DNA of 64,000 nucleotides from Oculina patagonica (Eukaryota): NCBI RefSeq assembly GCF_052425735.1, contig NC_135770.1, positions 37,696,001 to 37,760,000 of the forward strand, read 5' to 3'. Shown piece by piece: positions 51,078 to 62,288 of this stretch (position 1 is its first letter; each line of letters starts with the position of its first letter). The notes under the pieces were generated by a model. It saw only the letters and a program-made list of their open reading frames with translations, ran no database searches and was not told where the DNA came from. The position numbers and the translations under genes were made by a program.

Positions 51078-52961
51078 TTCAAATTACTCATCCCATTATA
51101 GCAATTGTAAATTGTCGACAGTCAATATTTTGATCCCCTACATCTAACGTTTGTTTACGTAAATTTATAGCCTTAAGTAACCATGAACGACCTTAAGTTT
51201 TGATATTTTGTGTTGCGTGCTGACCGTCGAGAACTAGCAGTTTAGTCAAGTACGGTCCCCAGTTCCGAGGAAGGATAGAGGCCCTTATTGCCAGGCAATA
51301 GTTATAAAAATTACTATACCCCTTTTTAAGGAGTTTTAATTTTAGAATATGGAATTTCTTTAACATTTTTTGCGCTATATGCGGAGTTATAGAAGCGCAA
51401 ATTTCGTAAATTTTCCGGCTTTTATGAGCCGCTCAGCACGGGTCAGCGGATAACAATAATACCCGCGAAAAGGACAGCCAATCAGCGGTTTTTCCGCCGT
51501 GTCAATCTAGCTACAGTCCTGTCTTATTACATGTAATCCAATTTTAAACTCCTACAATGTCAACTATCCTTGTAACGTTTTGGTGTTTTACTGTCCTACT
51601 GAGATATTTGAAGGATTTCTTCGATTTCAAGCATGTCTATGTCATAAAACAATGCCTTGCCATCTTTTTAGTCTTATTTACGAAATAAAAGTGAACTATT
51701 CGCTACTTGAAAAAAGATAATACAAAAAATAATAATAACTTTATTTAAGTGTCGAAAATGTTTAGCTGAGAGGAAAAATCCCCTCTTCTAATTGTGGACA
51801 CCGATCTAAAACTTAACTAAAATCTAAAAAACGATATTATTGTTGGCTAGTACTACCACCTAACGTCTAGTAAAGGACTTGAACGCCATCTATATGTAAT
51901 AATAACAGAAACCTTTAGTACCGGTACGAGATTCGCCATTTACTATCAGTAAAAGAGTGGGTGCGTGCTAACCAGTGTCATTTTTGGCGGGAAAAGGAAA
52001 ACTGTAATACTGTACTGCGACAGTCTAGCAGAATTGTCTTTAATAGTACTTAGCGAAAAAACAACAATTGCAATAAGAATAAAAAACCATTCTCAAAAGG
52101 TAAGTAAGCTCATATTTTCAAAAACGAAATAACAATCTAAAATCCTCGGGTAACTCAACCAGTCATGATTTTCATAAACAGCAAAAAAAAATCTTTCTGG
52201 CCGGGATTCATTTCTTTAAAAAACGTGCGATAAATCTCGTACTGACTCAGTCGTACTCCAATTCGGGATCTAAAAGTCTATAACAATACGGCGTATAACT
52301 GATTTCAAAGAGGACGATCAAAACATTACGACTCGAAACTTTTGCTCCGGTTTTTAAATTTTAACTTTAAACTAACTTCAAACAATTGCAGTAGTCTAAA
52401 ATAATGTGGATTAATTAGCGATTAGGAATATTTAAAGGGCTCTAGCTAATATCCAAAGGTATATTTTACCTCAGCGATTTCTTAAAATACATTTTAAGAT
52501 ACAACACAACAATATCACGTTAGAGATCAACATAGAAGTTAACCTAATGACATTCATTTCAATTTTAAGATCTTGAGAAAGTGCCAAAGTAAATTGTTTG
52601 ATCTACGAAATTCTTAAACCATCATTAAACAAACAGTCTGACTCTATCCGCGTAAAGTTATTCTTATAGTGTATTTTTATAGTTTACTTTTAAACTTTTA
52701 GAAATTTTATATTTAAGTGCATTTTTAACCTCTAGTTTTATAATTTTCAGTTATTGTGCTAATTAGGTCTTTTGTATTTTGTAGTTTTTTACTTACATGT
52801 TGTAACGCTTTAAGGTTAAATTTACATATTTTTATCACTCTTGGCATTCCCATGAGTTAGTTTTACTTATCAGTATGTTAATTGCAATCGCTCTAGCTTT
52901 TTTAAACTTGAAAATGACCTCGGAGAGGTCGAAACGTCGTTTTTTATCGCTATGTTTGTAT

Positions 52962-54314
52962 CTACTTTCTCTTGCCCCAAAAATTTCCGCTCATGCACTG
53001 GGGATATCCGCCGAATCCGCCAGAACACCTCATACTCCAAAAAAATGGCGTGATACAATACGTACTCCAAAATCTTTTACGACAGCACTTGTCATGCTCG
53101 TAACATAACTGATGAAAACAGCAATCGCCACAGACCGAAGACCAACACGAACACCCTTTACCACACATGCCAAGACAGTCGTCATTATTAGGATCATGCG
53201 CCAAACTGCAGCGCTTCTTTCTTTTACCATGCTGGTCAGCGGTTTCATCATCTAAGTCGGTTGGAGCCTGAATGTCCGAGGTCTTGAGGACGCTGTAGCA
53301 AAGACCATGAAATGGCTTCAGAATATCTAACTGGGTAGAGTTGCCACTCAGCGCTACAGACACGAGTTCCAGAAGGTGAATTTCTGGAACGTAGTGCAGC
53401 TCGCCAACGACTTCTTGATAATGAAATTTCAGCAGCTCTAGTTCTTGAGGTGATTCTTCAGCGGTTTGTTTGGTCGCCAGAAATTCACGAAGCACCTGTG
53501 GTACTCTGGGAATGTTGTCGGGAACATATATCAGCGATGGTCCGTGCCTGCAAAGGATTGTTACAAAAACACTTCCGTGAAACCTACTGAGCGGTGAGTA
53601 TTGCATGTGGGAATTTGCTGAGCAGAGACGCATCCCATTTAAACGATGTATAGGACGCATCTTAGTGAAGAATGCGTGTTGTGGCTTTACCTTGTTCTGC
53701 TAAATGACATGTGATGACAACTGGTCACAACTGCAACAAATGCTGTTTTGCGAGAACAATAAAGTTTTTTCCGAGAATCTTAAGAAAATTCCTGGAATTG
53801 GGAGTTCGAAAACTTTACTGTGAAACCTCAAGAAATACATCAGGACATTGCAAGAGAAATCGGCAACATCGTACATGAATGTTTAAACATTTGGGGAACT
53901 GAATGTTCAGACGTTTTGGAAGGACCTTCATAAATACCAGTACTGCTAAAACATAGTTATCTCCCTCCCCTGTAAATGACCTTGATACTGCTATCTTTGG
54001 AGATGATTATTCAGAACTTACCCAATGAATCCTTGGTCTACAACCTGGTAGTAGAACATTTTTGGACCAAGCTTCATGTAAGTGACAATTTCTTTTCCTG
54101 TCTTCTTCAGTAATTTCATGGTGCCTTTGCGAACGTCAAAGCAAATGCCAAAGGTTTGATTGTAGTTGTAGCATCCTTTGACTCGCTGCTCTGAGTAACT
54201 CTGAAAGCGAAGTCCTTGTGGCACTGTAACTTCTGAATCCGAACTTGACACAACTGAGCATAAAGTCGCTGCGACCAGAAGCATGGGGGTCACCATCGTA
54301 CCAGTTGAAAGCAT
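52962..54314 (-). CDS. Secreted Cys-rich pre-pro-peptide, copy 4 (type B, divergent); exons 54314-54022 and 53547-52962; 292 aa
   Basis: Signal peptide; GG|GTAAGT ... ttgcAG|G in frame; KRKKR site; 14-Cys peptide ending NFWGKRK. Confidence 0.9.
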
Positions 54315-54969
54315 CGTGAAAATCTCTCCACCGACTGAATTTCTTACTTTAAAGAGGTCCTTTTTATAGTTATCAGTCCAGTTTAGCTTCCTCATTCCAA
54401 CATACGTGATCAGATAACATTTAAAAGTCGTTTCTATTTCCTTCAGCGGGTAAATAAACAACGTTTGCTTGTTGATAAGTGAAGCAGTAGCGACAATTTC
54501 TTTTCCCCGAATTCGTGATTTCCTAGTACCGACAATTTCTCTTCCCCGAATTCGTGATTTCCTTGTCTTAAGCGGTGTCAAATGTCAAGTGAACCCCCAT
54601 TAAAACATTTTTTCATCATTGTTGGCATTTTTTATTTTATTTTTTAGCAAATGATTATTGATTGAAGTGTCCTCTGTTTCAAGGGTAAATTTGAACATCA
54701 TATATACAGTACATACGGTTAGTAAATAAAACAATGATTGAAATGTATTGATCTTTTCTCTTTCGATTCTCAACTTCGAGAAAGCCTTTTGTGATCTTAA
54801 TGTTAATGTTATCTACACTATATACAGAATTAACTTTACACAAGATTACTGGCTGAGCAGTCTCCTGTAATGAATTAGATCGAGGTATTCAAAAGGAGGA
54901 CTTTAGACTTTTGTGATTAAAAGGGCAGCTTGATATAAAACACAGTGAGAATTTTAACATGGGCCTTTA

Positions 54970-55668
54970 CGATAATAATAATAATCCTAAAGGCCATTGT
55001 TTTATCCTTCTGCTCAACCTTGGAATCCAAATTGAGAGAATTTCAGTACAAAGTTTTGAACTGCATTGTTTTCACAAATGAAAAACTTTTTCGTTTTGGC
55101 ATCACGCAATCACCACTATGTACTTTTTGCCAAAAAGAGGGCGAATCCATCGATCGAGCACTTGCTCTTTTCCTGCAAGGATTCTTCTGAATTTTAAAAA
55201 CATGTCTTGTCCTGGCCTGGGGACAATGGCATTTACGTTGGAGAATTAAATGAAGCTGATCTAATTTTTGGGAAATTTGACGTTCAGGATGGTTTTACTC
55301 TTTTCACTGAACCACATTCTTTTGTTGGGTAAATACTATTTTTTTTCTCGAAAATGCCAGAGAATGCTAAGCCTTACTTAAAAGGATTCATTGTCAGAAC
55401 AAAGCGAGTTTCTCATACTGAGCTCTATATTACCAGGAAGAGAGACAAACTATACCAGCTTGTCATTTCAAACAATGGGAGACTTAACACTTTAGACCGA
55501 GTTATTGCTACTAGCTCTAATTTAAGTACCAGTACTTGTACATATCTAATATTATTTTGTATTAAGTCTTGCCTTTAAGTAGCCTTCTTCTATTGTATGT
55601 TTGTTGTTAAATCTTTTGTTATATACGTGCGTTGTAATTCATGAATAAAAATGTTAAAACAAACAAAG
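54970..55668 (+). mobile_element. 5'-truncated L1/Tx1-type LINE 3' fragment with a 15-bp TSD
   Basis: ESKLREFQYKVLN...LCTFCQKEGESI (zf-RVT-like); AATAAA and A-rich tail; TSD taacatgggccttta at 54955-54969 and 55669-55683. Confidence 0.85.
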
Positions 55669-57129
55669 TAACATGGGCCTTTAAAATATGCCCGTTTGTC
55701 GAACTGCATGAAGCTGCATGACGAAACTCGATCTACATAACGTTGCTTCCTCATTCCACGACAGTGATAGGGGGGGGGGTTTGATCAGTGTTATTACCTT
55801 GCAAAAGGTAAAGTGACTTCTGTCAATTTTACAAACAGACAGGTTAATTGCTCCGTTTGAACTTTCTTCAGCAGAGGAGAAATAATTGGAAGATTTAAAG
55901 CACGTACTTGTCGCTACAAGGAAGTAACCTGCAGATGAGTAGTTCATTCTTATTAGTAGTATATTCTTATTTCAGGGGTCGAGGGGTGATATTTGTTTTG
56001 GAACTTTGCGGAGGTAAAGTCGACTATTATTATTATTGTTTCCCACTTTAAATAAAGTATTGTATTGTATTGTATTGTATTCGATCCAATATTTCGAATT
56101 TCCTTATTGCGCATGCCCACTTCCTCTTACACAAAGCAGGGATATTCTTATTTCAGGGGTCGAGGGGTGGTATTTGTTTTGGAACTTTGCGGAGGTAAAG
56201 TCGACTATTATTATTTGACATTATTCATGTGGTAAAATTTAGTTCATTATAGGAGAGTACAGAACAGTAGCCACAAAGATGCAATTGCGTCCAAGCTGGC
56301 TGCTTACACGTGTAAAAGACCAAAGATACAACTATATTTGCTTCATATTCGACAAAGTTGCCTCTCAGTCATGTTTTTCAAACGACAGTGTGAATTGACA
56401 CATAGCAATACATTGTATTTTATAAATACTGAGATACACTCATCGATCATGTAAATCGTAAATCTACTACAAGCAAATAACAAGTTTTACTTCATTACAA
56501 ACTTATGACAAGTGAGTAAAAATTTTAAAGGAATCCGGCCATGCTAACACGAGGCCATGTTTTCATCGTCTCCGTTCTAAAAATAGATTACCCTTAGCTT
56601 CTTTATTAAAACAAGAACCGGAATTGTTCTTAATTTAGGAGCACTAAATTGGAATGGCTGACTGGATAAATTTTCACACACGCAGAGCACAAAAAGGCAC
56701 ATATCTTAGCATGTATTTTCATAACACACCCGGATAAACCTGACCTAATGAGATATTTTGCCCCGTTCTCCGGGAGAGGGGACTCCTATATGAAACGAAC
56801 AGGGATGCTTGTTGACTCGCTTAGAGCACTTAGGGTGTTCAAGACGGAACGTCAATATTTTTAGCCGTCAAGGTCTTGCTTAGAGTTGCACGTGACGAAC
56901 TAAAAACACAGTCATACTGTGTTGGCAGTATAGACCAATCAGGTATAAAAGAGGGTCTGAATGGGGTTAAGTGTTTAGTGTTATTTGCCCATAACTTTTA
57001 GTGTTAAATGTTAAATTGGCCATTTTTTAATGTTTACTGTTTCCGAAGAAAAAACTCTTAAGTTTTTTTAGGGTTTTTTGTAAAAAGCTCATTGTCTTTT
57101 AGCATTGTAAATTCTTATCGGCTCTCCGA

Positions 57130-57338
57130 AAATAACTCATAAATTTTGAGCCTGTGCTATGTGGTCCAAGAGGGCGCCCAAAAACAACATGGCGCAGAAC
57201 GGTAGAAACGGAGTTAAGGGAGCTCAATTACAGCTGGAGCACCACTGAAAAACTGGCTAGAGATAGGCAGGGTTGGAGAAACTTCGTTGCTGCCCTATGT
57301 GCCACACAGGCATGATGGGCAGTAAGTAAGTAAGTAAG
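57130..57338 (+). mobile_element. Short RTE-like LINE 3' end
   Basis: ...agggcgcccaaaaacaacatggcgcagaacggtaga...gctgccctatgtgccacacaggcatga followed by a (GTAA)n tail. Confidence 0.5.
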
Positions 57339-58618
57339 CTGTGTGGTCTCCTCGAAAATCTTCGGTAGTGTTGATCATCTTTGGTAGTCTTCAGAAATCT
57401 TCGGCAGTCTTCGGGAATCTTCGGTAGTGTTCGGAAATCTTCCGAAATGATGGGAATCGTCGGAAAATGGCCGAGAACTTTTCGATATACTAAACAAAAT
57501 AATATTGGCATTTTTGGATACATATAATTTACTGTTACAGTGAACTTTTTACTGTTAGTGTCGGCCTAAAAGGTAACTGTTTCATGATACAGAGCCAAAA
57601 AAATTAGGTGTTTACAGGAGCCCATCAATGATGGGCTCCTGGTGTTTAGTGTTATCGGAGTACCCCCATTCAGGCCCTCATAAAAATGGTATCACTTAGG
57701 GGTCATGAAGGCTTAAGCCACACCCAGATTGGTCTCCTTTAGGAGTTTAATTCAAATTATCCGACGATCATCCCCGTCCCTTTCATATGTGAGTCCCGCC
57801 CCCCAGGGGAAAGTTTGGGCCTTCTTGGTTCTGGTAAATTCTAGAAACTTCTTTGCCGAGTTAAATTCTTTCATTTTAATCTCCCTGGTGGGGTGTGCCG
57901 GCATCCCTGGTGGAATTGAAAAGCAGAGACCGATACAACGTAGAATGATAAAATTAGTTTTGTACTATATTTCGGCCGGCCAAACCAGCCTTCTTCAGGT
58001 ACAATGGAGTTTACATTGGCTATGTTTAAATTTATATGGTGATAATGGTCTTACGAAATACCGGAAATACGTAAAACTAAATACAGGAAATATGTAAACA
58101 GTGTAAAATAAAACATTTAAAAAATGCTATTAAAGCTTAAAAATGACAATAAAATAGTACAAGTAGAAAAACTAATAGATTTCTTCGCGTATGTTAAGGC
58201 CATCGGGAACAAGTGTTCTGCCTTTTAAAATTAAAAAAGCTTCTTAATCCCTGGTGGGTTGGCCCCGCAGAAGAATCCCAGAGCCCGTACGTCTCGTATA
58301 CCGGCATTTTCTGGTCTCCCTTGGTGGATTGCTGTCCGCCCTTCTAAAGATTTTATCGAATTCCTGGCGATCATCCATTAAAAGCAATGATCTGGTAATG
58401 ACAAACCCAAAGTCATAAAAGTGCATGCACTCTGAAGTTAAACTAACTTCAATACGTGCACGAGCTTTAAAAAAATCACAGAAAGATTTCGTTTTGGTTC
58501 TCACAAAATAGCTTGACATAATATTATTGGAAAATGAAGCGGATTTTTGTAACAAACCCATAATTACCGAAAGAAAGCATTTGATTCTCAAACAGTTTTC
58601 AATCTTGTACCCAGGTCC

Positions 58619-59836
58619 TTAGCATGTCACATAACTAGTGCAATTGAAGCCGTAGAAGAATGGGACGAGGCAATACGCACTCCAATAATCTTTTTGACAA
58701 CAGATATCGTGTTCATAACATCCCCGGTGCCAACAGCAATCTCCGCAAATCCACGACCAACACCGACAGCTTGGACCACACATGCCAGTACAATAATTAT
58801 TATGTGGATCGCTTGTCAAACTACAACGCTTCTTTCTTTCACCATGCTTGTCAGCGGTTTCATCATCTAAGTCGTGCATAGCTTTCAGCTCGGTTGGAGT
58901 CTGAATGTCTGAAGCCTTGAGAAGATTGAAGCAAAGACCATGAAATGGCTTCAGAATATCCAACTGGGTAGAGTTGTCGCTCAGTGCTACGGACACGAGT
59001 TCCAGAAGGCGAATTTCTCGAATGTAGCGCAGCTCGCTAATGGCTTCTTGATAATGGCTTTTCAGCGCTTCATGTGCTATAGATGTTTCATCGGCAATTT
59101 GGTTCATCGTCAGAAACTCACGAAACTCGTGTGGAACTCTGGGAATGTTGTCGGGAACGTAGATCATCGACGCACCGTGCCTAAAATAATAGTAGGAAAT
59201 GTTGATTGTTTGACTCAATGTCTTAGTTATCAAAACTTTCGTCCTTAGCTTTTTTACTTGACTAACAGCAGTCCCTGCTTTGTTTGTCAAATGAAAAACA
59301 AGAAGGGAAAATGATCGCGCGAAACTTATTGGCGAGGGAAAGAATCTAGGGAAAAGAGGGACATGCTCGAAGTCTACGTTTTTAAGTCAAATTTGTTTTG
59401 GAAGATTTACGACTCTTTTCCTTGAGTTATTTCCCTGGAAAGGCTTATTTATTACAAGTGATAACATTACAATGATGCACGTATTATGGTTGGTCATCCT
59501 GCATTCTATATTTTTGCATAAATAATACTTGTGTGTGTTTGTAACTTACCCAATGAATCCTCGGTCTAAAATCTCGTAATAAAACATATTTGAGCCATAT
59601 TCCTGGAAAAATACAATTTCTCTTTCTGTCTTCTTCAGTAATTTCATGAAGCCTTTGCAAACATCAAAACAAATGCCCAAGGTTTGATTGTAGTTGTAGC
59701 ATCCTTTGACTTGCTGCTCTGAGTAACTCTCCAAGTGCAGCCCTTGAACGTTAAATTTACAATCAGAACTAACTGCCATAAAGCACAGAACCGCTGTAGC
59801 TAAGAGCGTGTAAACCGTTGCATTTGAATGAGACAT
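58619..59836 (-). CDS. Secreted Cys-rich pre-pro-peptide, copy 5 (type A); exons 59836-59550 and 59180-58619; 282 aa
   Basis: Signal peptide; GG|GTAAGT ... ttttAG|G in frame; RKKR site; 68-aa 14-Cys peptide nearly identical to copy 1. Confidence 0.9.
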
Positions 59837-61532
59837 CTTAAAATACTTTCAGGTATATTATACAGAGTATTTGTACAGAGGCTCAGTTCATTAAACGGTT
59901 CTATTTACTCAATGATAATACCAGTTCATGTTGTCTATTTTATGCACGATAGGTTTGACAATTGTTTACTTCCCAGGCAAGCATTTCCTCTGATGTTGGC
60001 ACGGCTACAGCTGTGTAAATTTCGCCGATATAACAATATTTATAAAATTTGTCTACCTATCTGACTCTAAATTTAATTTAGAGTTCCGGGTAGTAAGAAG
60101 TACATTGACGAAATCGTTTAGCTCTTTACGGTTCCATGTAAACATGTATCAAGACTGAATCAGAAGCAAGGAATATACCCAAAAAATTACGGTACACTTC
60201 CTCAGACACCCAGTCTGCTATGTAAATTTATAATTACACCGTCCAACATGAAAGCAGCCAAACTAATGAAGATCAGAGATAAAGCGAATAATTTTGGTAA
60301 GATTTCTCTTTGAAACTCCTTAGATACCAGCAGGCAACCTTCATAATACTTGAAAATTTTGAAATAGCGCAATCTTAGCGGTGAGTGCTGTTGATTTGTT
60401 TTTGTTATTTGTCACGAAAACAACACTCAGAACACGTTTCTTAACATGTCTTGAGCTGGGGCATGGAGGTCATTACAAACGTTATTATGCATCATTTGGT
60501 CCAAAAACTCATTCTAGAGAACGTCTTATTGTCAATGATGAGAGAATTTTGCGCTAAATATTGCGTGAATAATTGAATCGTGATGAGACCAGTGCAATCA
60601 TTGGTCTGTTTCCAAGTAAAATTAAGCGTGGAATTCACGAACCATATGACCGACTTCCCTTGGATCGCGAAGAATTTATGAAAGAAAATAATATTTTGAT
60701 CTCCAGTGCGCGCTTGCAAAGTACCAGGTAAATATATCTGCTTTACCTAACCAATCAGGAAGGGGGATTTTTTTGAGCTATGCAACATATGTAATACACA
60801 GGTGAAGAGGATAAAGAAACATGTCAACTACTGCAGAAAGCCTTGTTTTGATACACGTACGAGGATTTTGCCGCTTTTTTGGTCAAAGCCTTACTTAAAT
60901 TATATCTATGTACCTGTGTTTATACATGAAATGCGCCTTGAACACCAAGATGAAGACATTAAATGAATAGTTAAACGGAGTGGAAATTGTAATTAGCTTT
61001 CAGCGATTTTTCCGAGACATAAGGGGAAAAATGCTAAGGAAAAATGGATTGCTTACGATCCTAATTCGTGAACGAAGACCCAAACTGAACAAATAAATAA
61101 ATGATAAGTAATGTTTTATTCACAGCTTCTCTACATGGTAGCTATACATCCGTGAAGTCTTATAATCTAAAAAGAAAAAAATATGTACATTATGTGAAAA
61201 ACTATTTACAAGTGAGAAAAGAAAAAGGTAAAAATTGCAAGAAAAAAACACGCACGCAGTCGGACTAAATACGTGCGAAAGTATTTACTTAATTACATAC
61301 TCTGTCACCTTTCTTTATATTTAAATTGGGAACTAAAACCATTATCTCTTCATGGAATCAAGATGAATTCGAAAAGTCGTAGTTTAATTTCGCTCATTTT
61401 CATTGTCAATTGTATTTCGAAATGTTCTCTTATTAGAAGGCAGATGTTAGGGGTATGCTTTCCAGCTTCTAGTATCAGTGCAGCGTGGCACAACATTGCA
61501 TTAATATCTACCTTGCAACGAATTACCACCTC

Positions 61533-61730
61533 GTCCGACCTCGTAGTTCAGTCGGTAGAGCAACGGTGATCTAACCCGGAGGTCGAGTGTGCGAATCCCA
61601 CCGAAGTCAAAATTTTTTTCATTGCCTCGTGTGGTCCCCGGTTTCCTTTCTAGGGCTAACGCTCAGAGGGGGAAATCCCTGGGTTATTTTCTAACACTTT
61701 AATTTACCTTAGAATTTTGAACTTTCAACT
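61533..61730 (+). mobile_element. tRNA-derived SINE-like element (second family)
   Basis: tRNA-like head (gtagttcagtcggtagagca ... gcgaatccc) without a proper cloverleaf, followed by a non-tRNA body. Confidence 0.55.
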
Positions 61731-61800
61731 TACCTAATTCCTCTTGGGGGCAATTATCACCATGGCAACACAATGACCCTTCATGTTCATTTCCATCACA

Positions 61801-62117
61801 GACCAAAGCGTACTATAAGAGTTTATATGGATTTGAAATAAAGCCGGAAAATATTTTTTCTACCTTTGAAAAGCTATAATAAAACTAAAAACCTTACCTG
61901 TTGTCACTTTTTTGTGACTGTTTCCAGTGCTAATTAGAAAGCCATATATGCGCGATTTTCGTGATAGACCGTTGAAACGAAATCGCGCGTATGGCCTTCT
62001 AAAGCAGTAGAAAGACAAAAAGTGACATCAGGTAAGGTTTTAAGTTTTATTATAGCTTTTCAAAGGATATTTCAAATCCATACAAACAGATAAAAACTCT
62101 TATAGTACGCTTTGGTC
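61801..62117. repeat. ~317-bp near-palindrome (foldback/MITE-like) upstream of the FKRP-like ORF
   Basis: GACCAAAGCGTACTATAAGAGTTT / AAACTCTTATAGTACGCTTTGGTC; inverted arms run nearly to the centre (~61965). Confidence 0.75.
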
Positions 62118-62288
62118 ACTTGTGTTTACATCAGCTGTTGTATGTAAACCTTCGGCAAGTAAAGCTAATTTTCAGTCACGGATGACGCATATTTATACGT
62201 CTCGTTTGTCCACCAAAGCCACACTTCGGCACAGTTCTCATTCAAGTCTCTAGGGAAGAGGTTTCACCACCGCGCCAGGAACTTGATA

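Larger units (their letters stand above)
44300..51503 (-). mobile_element. 7.2-kb DNA transposon (Academ-like) with 29-bp TIRs
   Basis: TIR G(G/A)CACGGCGGAAAAACCGCTGATTGGCTG (28/29 match); direct repeat aatctagct at 44291-44299 and 51504-51512 (alternatively a 7-bp TSD with TG..CA ends); empty paralogous site at ~23780. Confidence 0.9.

Noticed and set aside
54315-54581. N-terminal extension of the copy 4 exon-1 ORF, and similar extensions of exon-2 ORFs at 53548-53660 and 59181-59290
   Set aside because: They begin at non-ATG or intronic positions and cover promoter or intron sequence; paralog alignment supports ATG 54314 and the AG acceptors.
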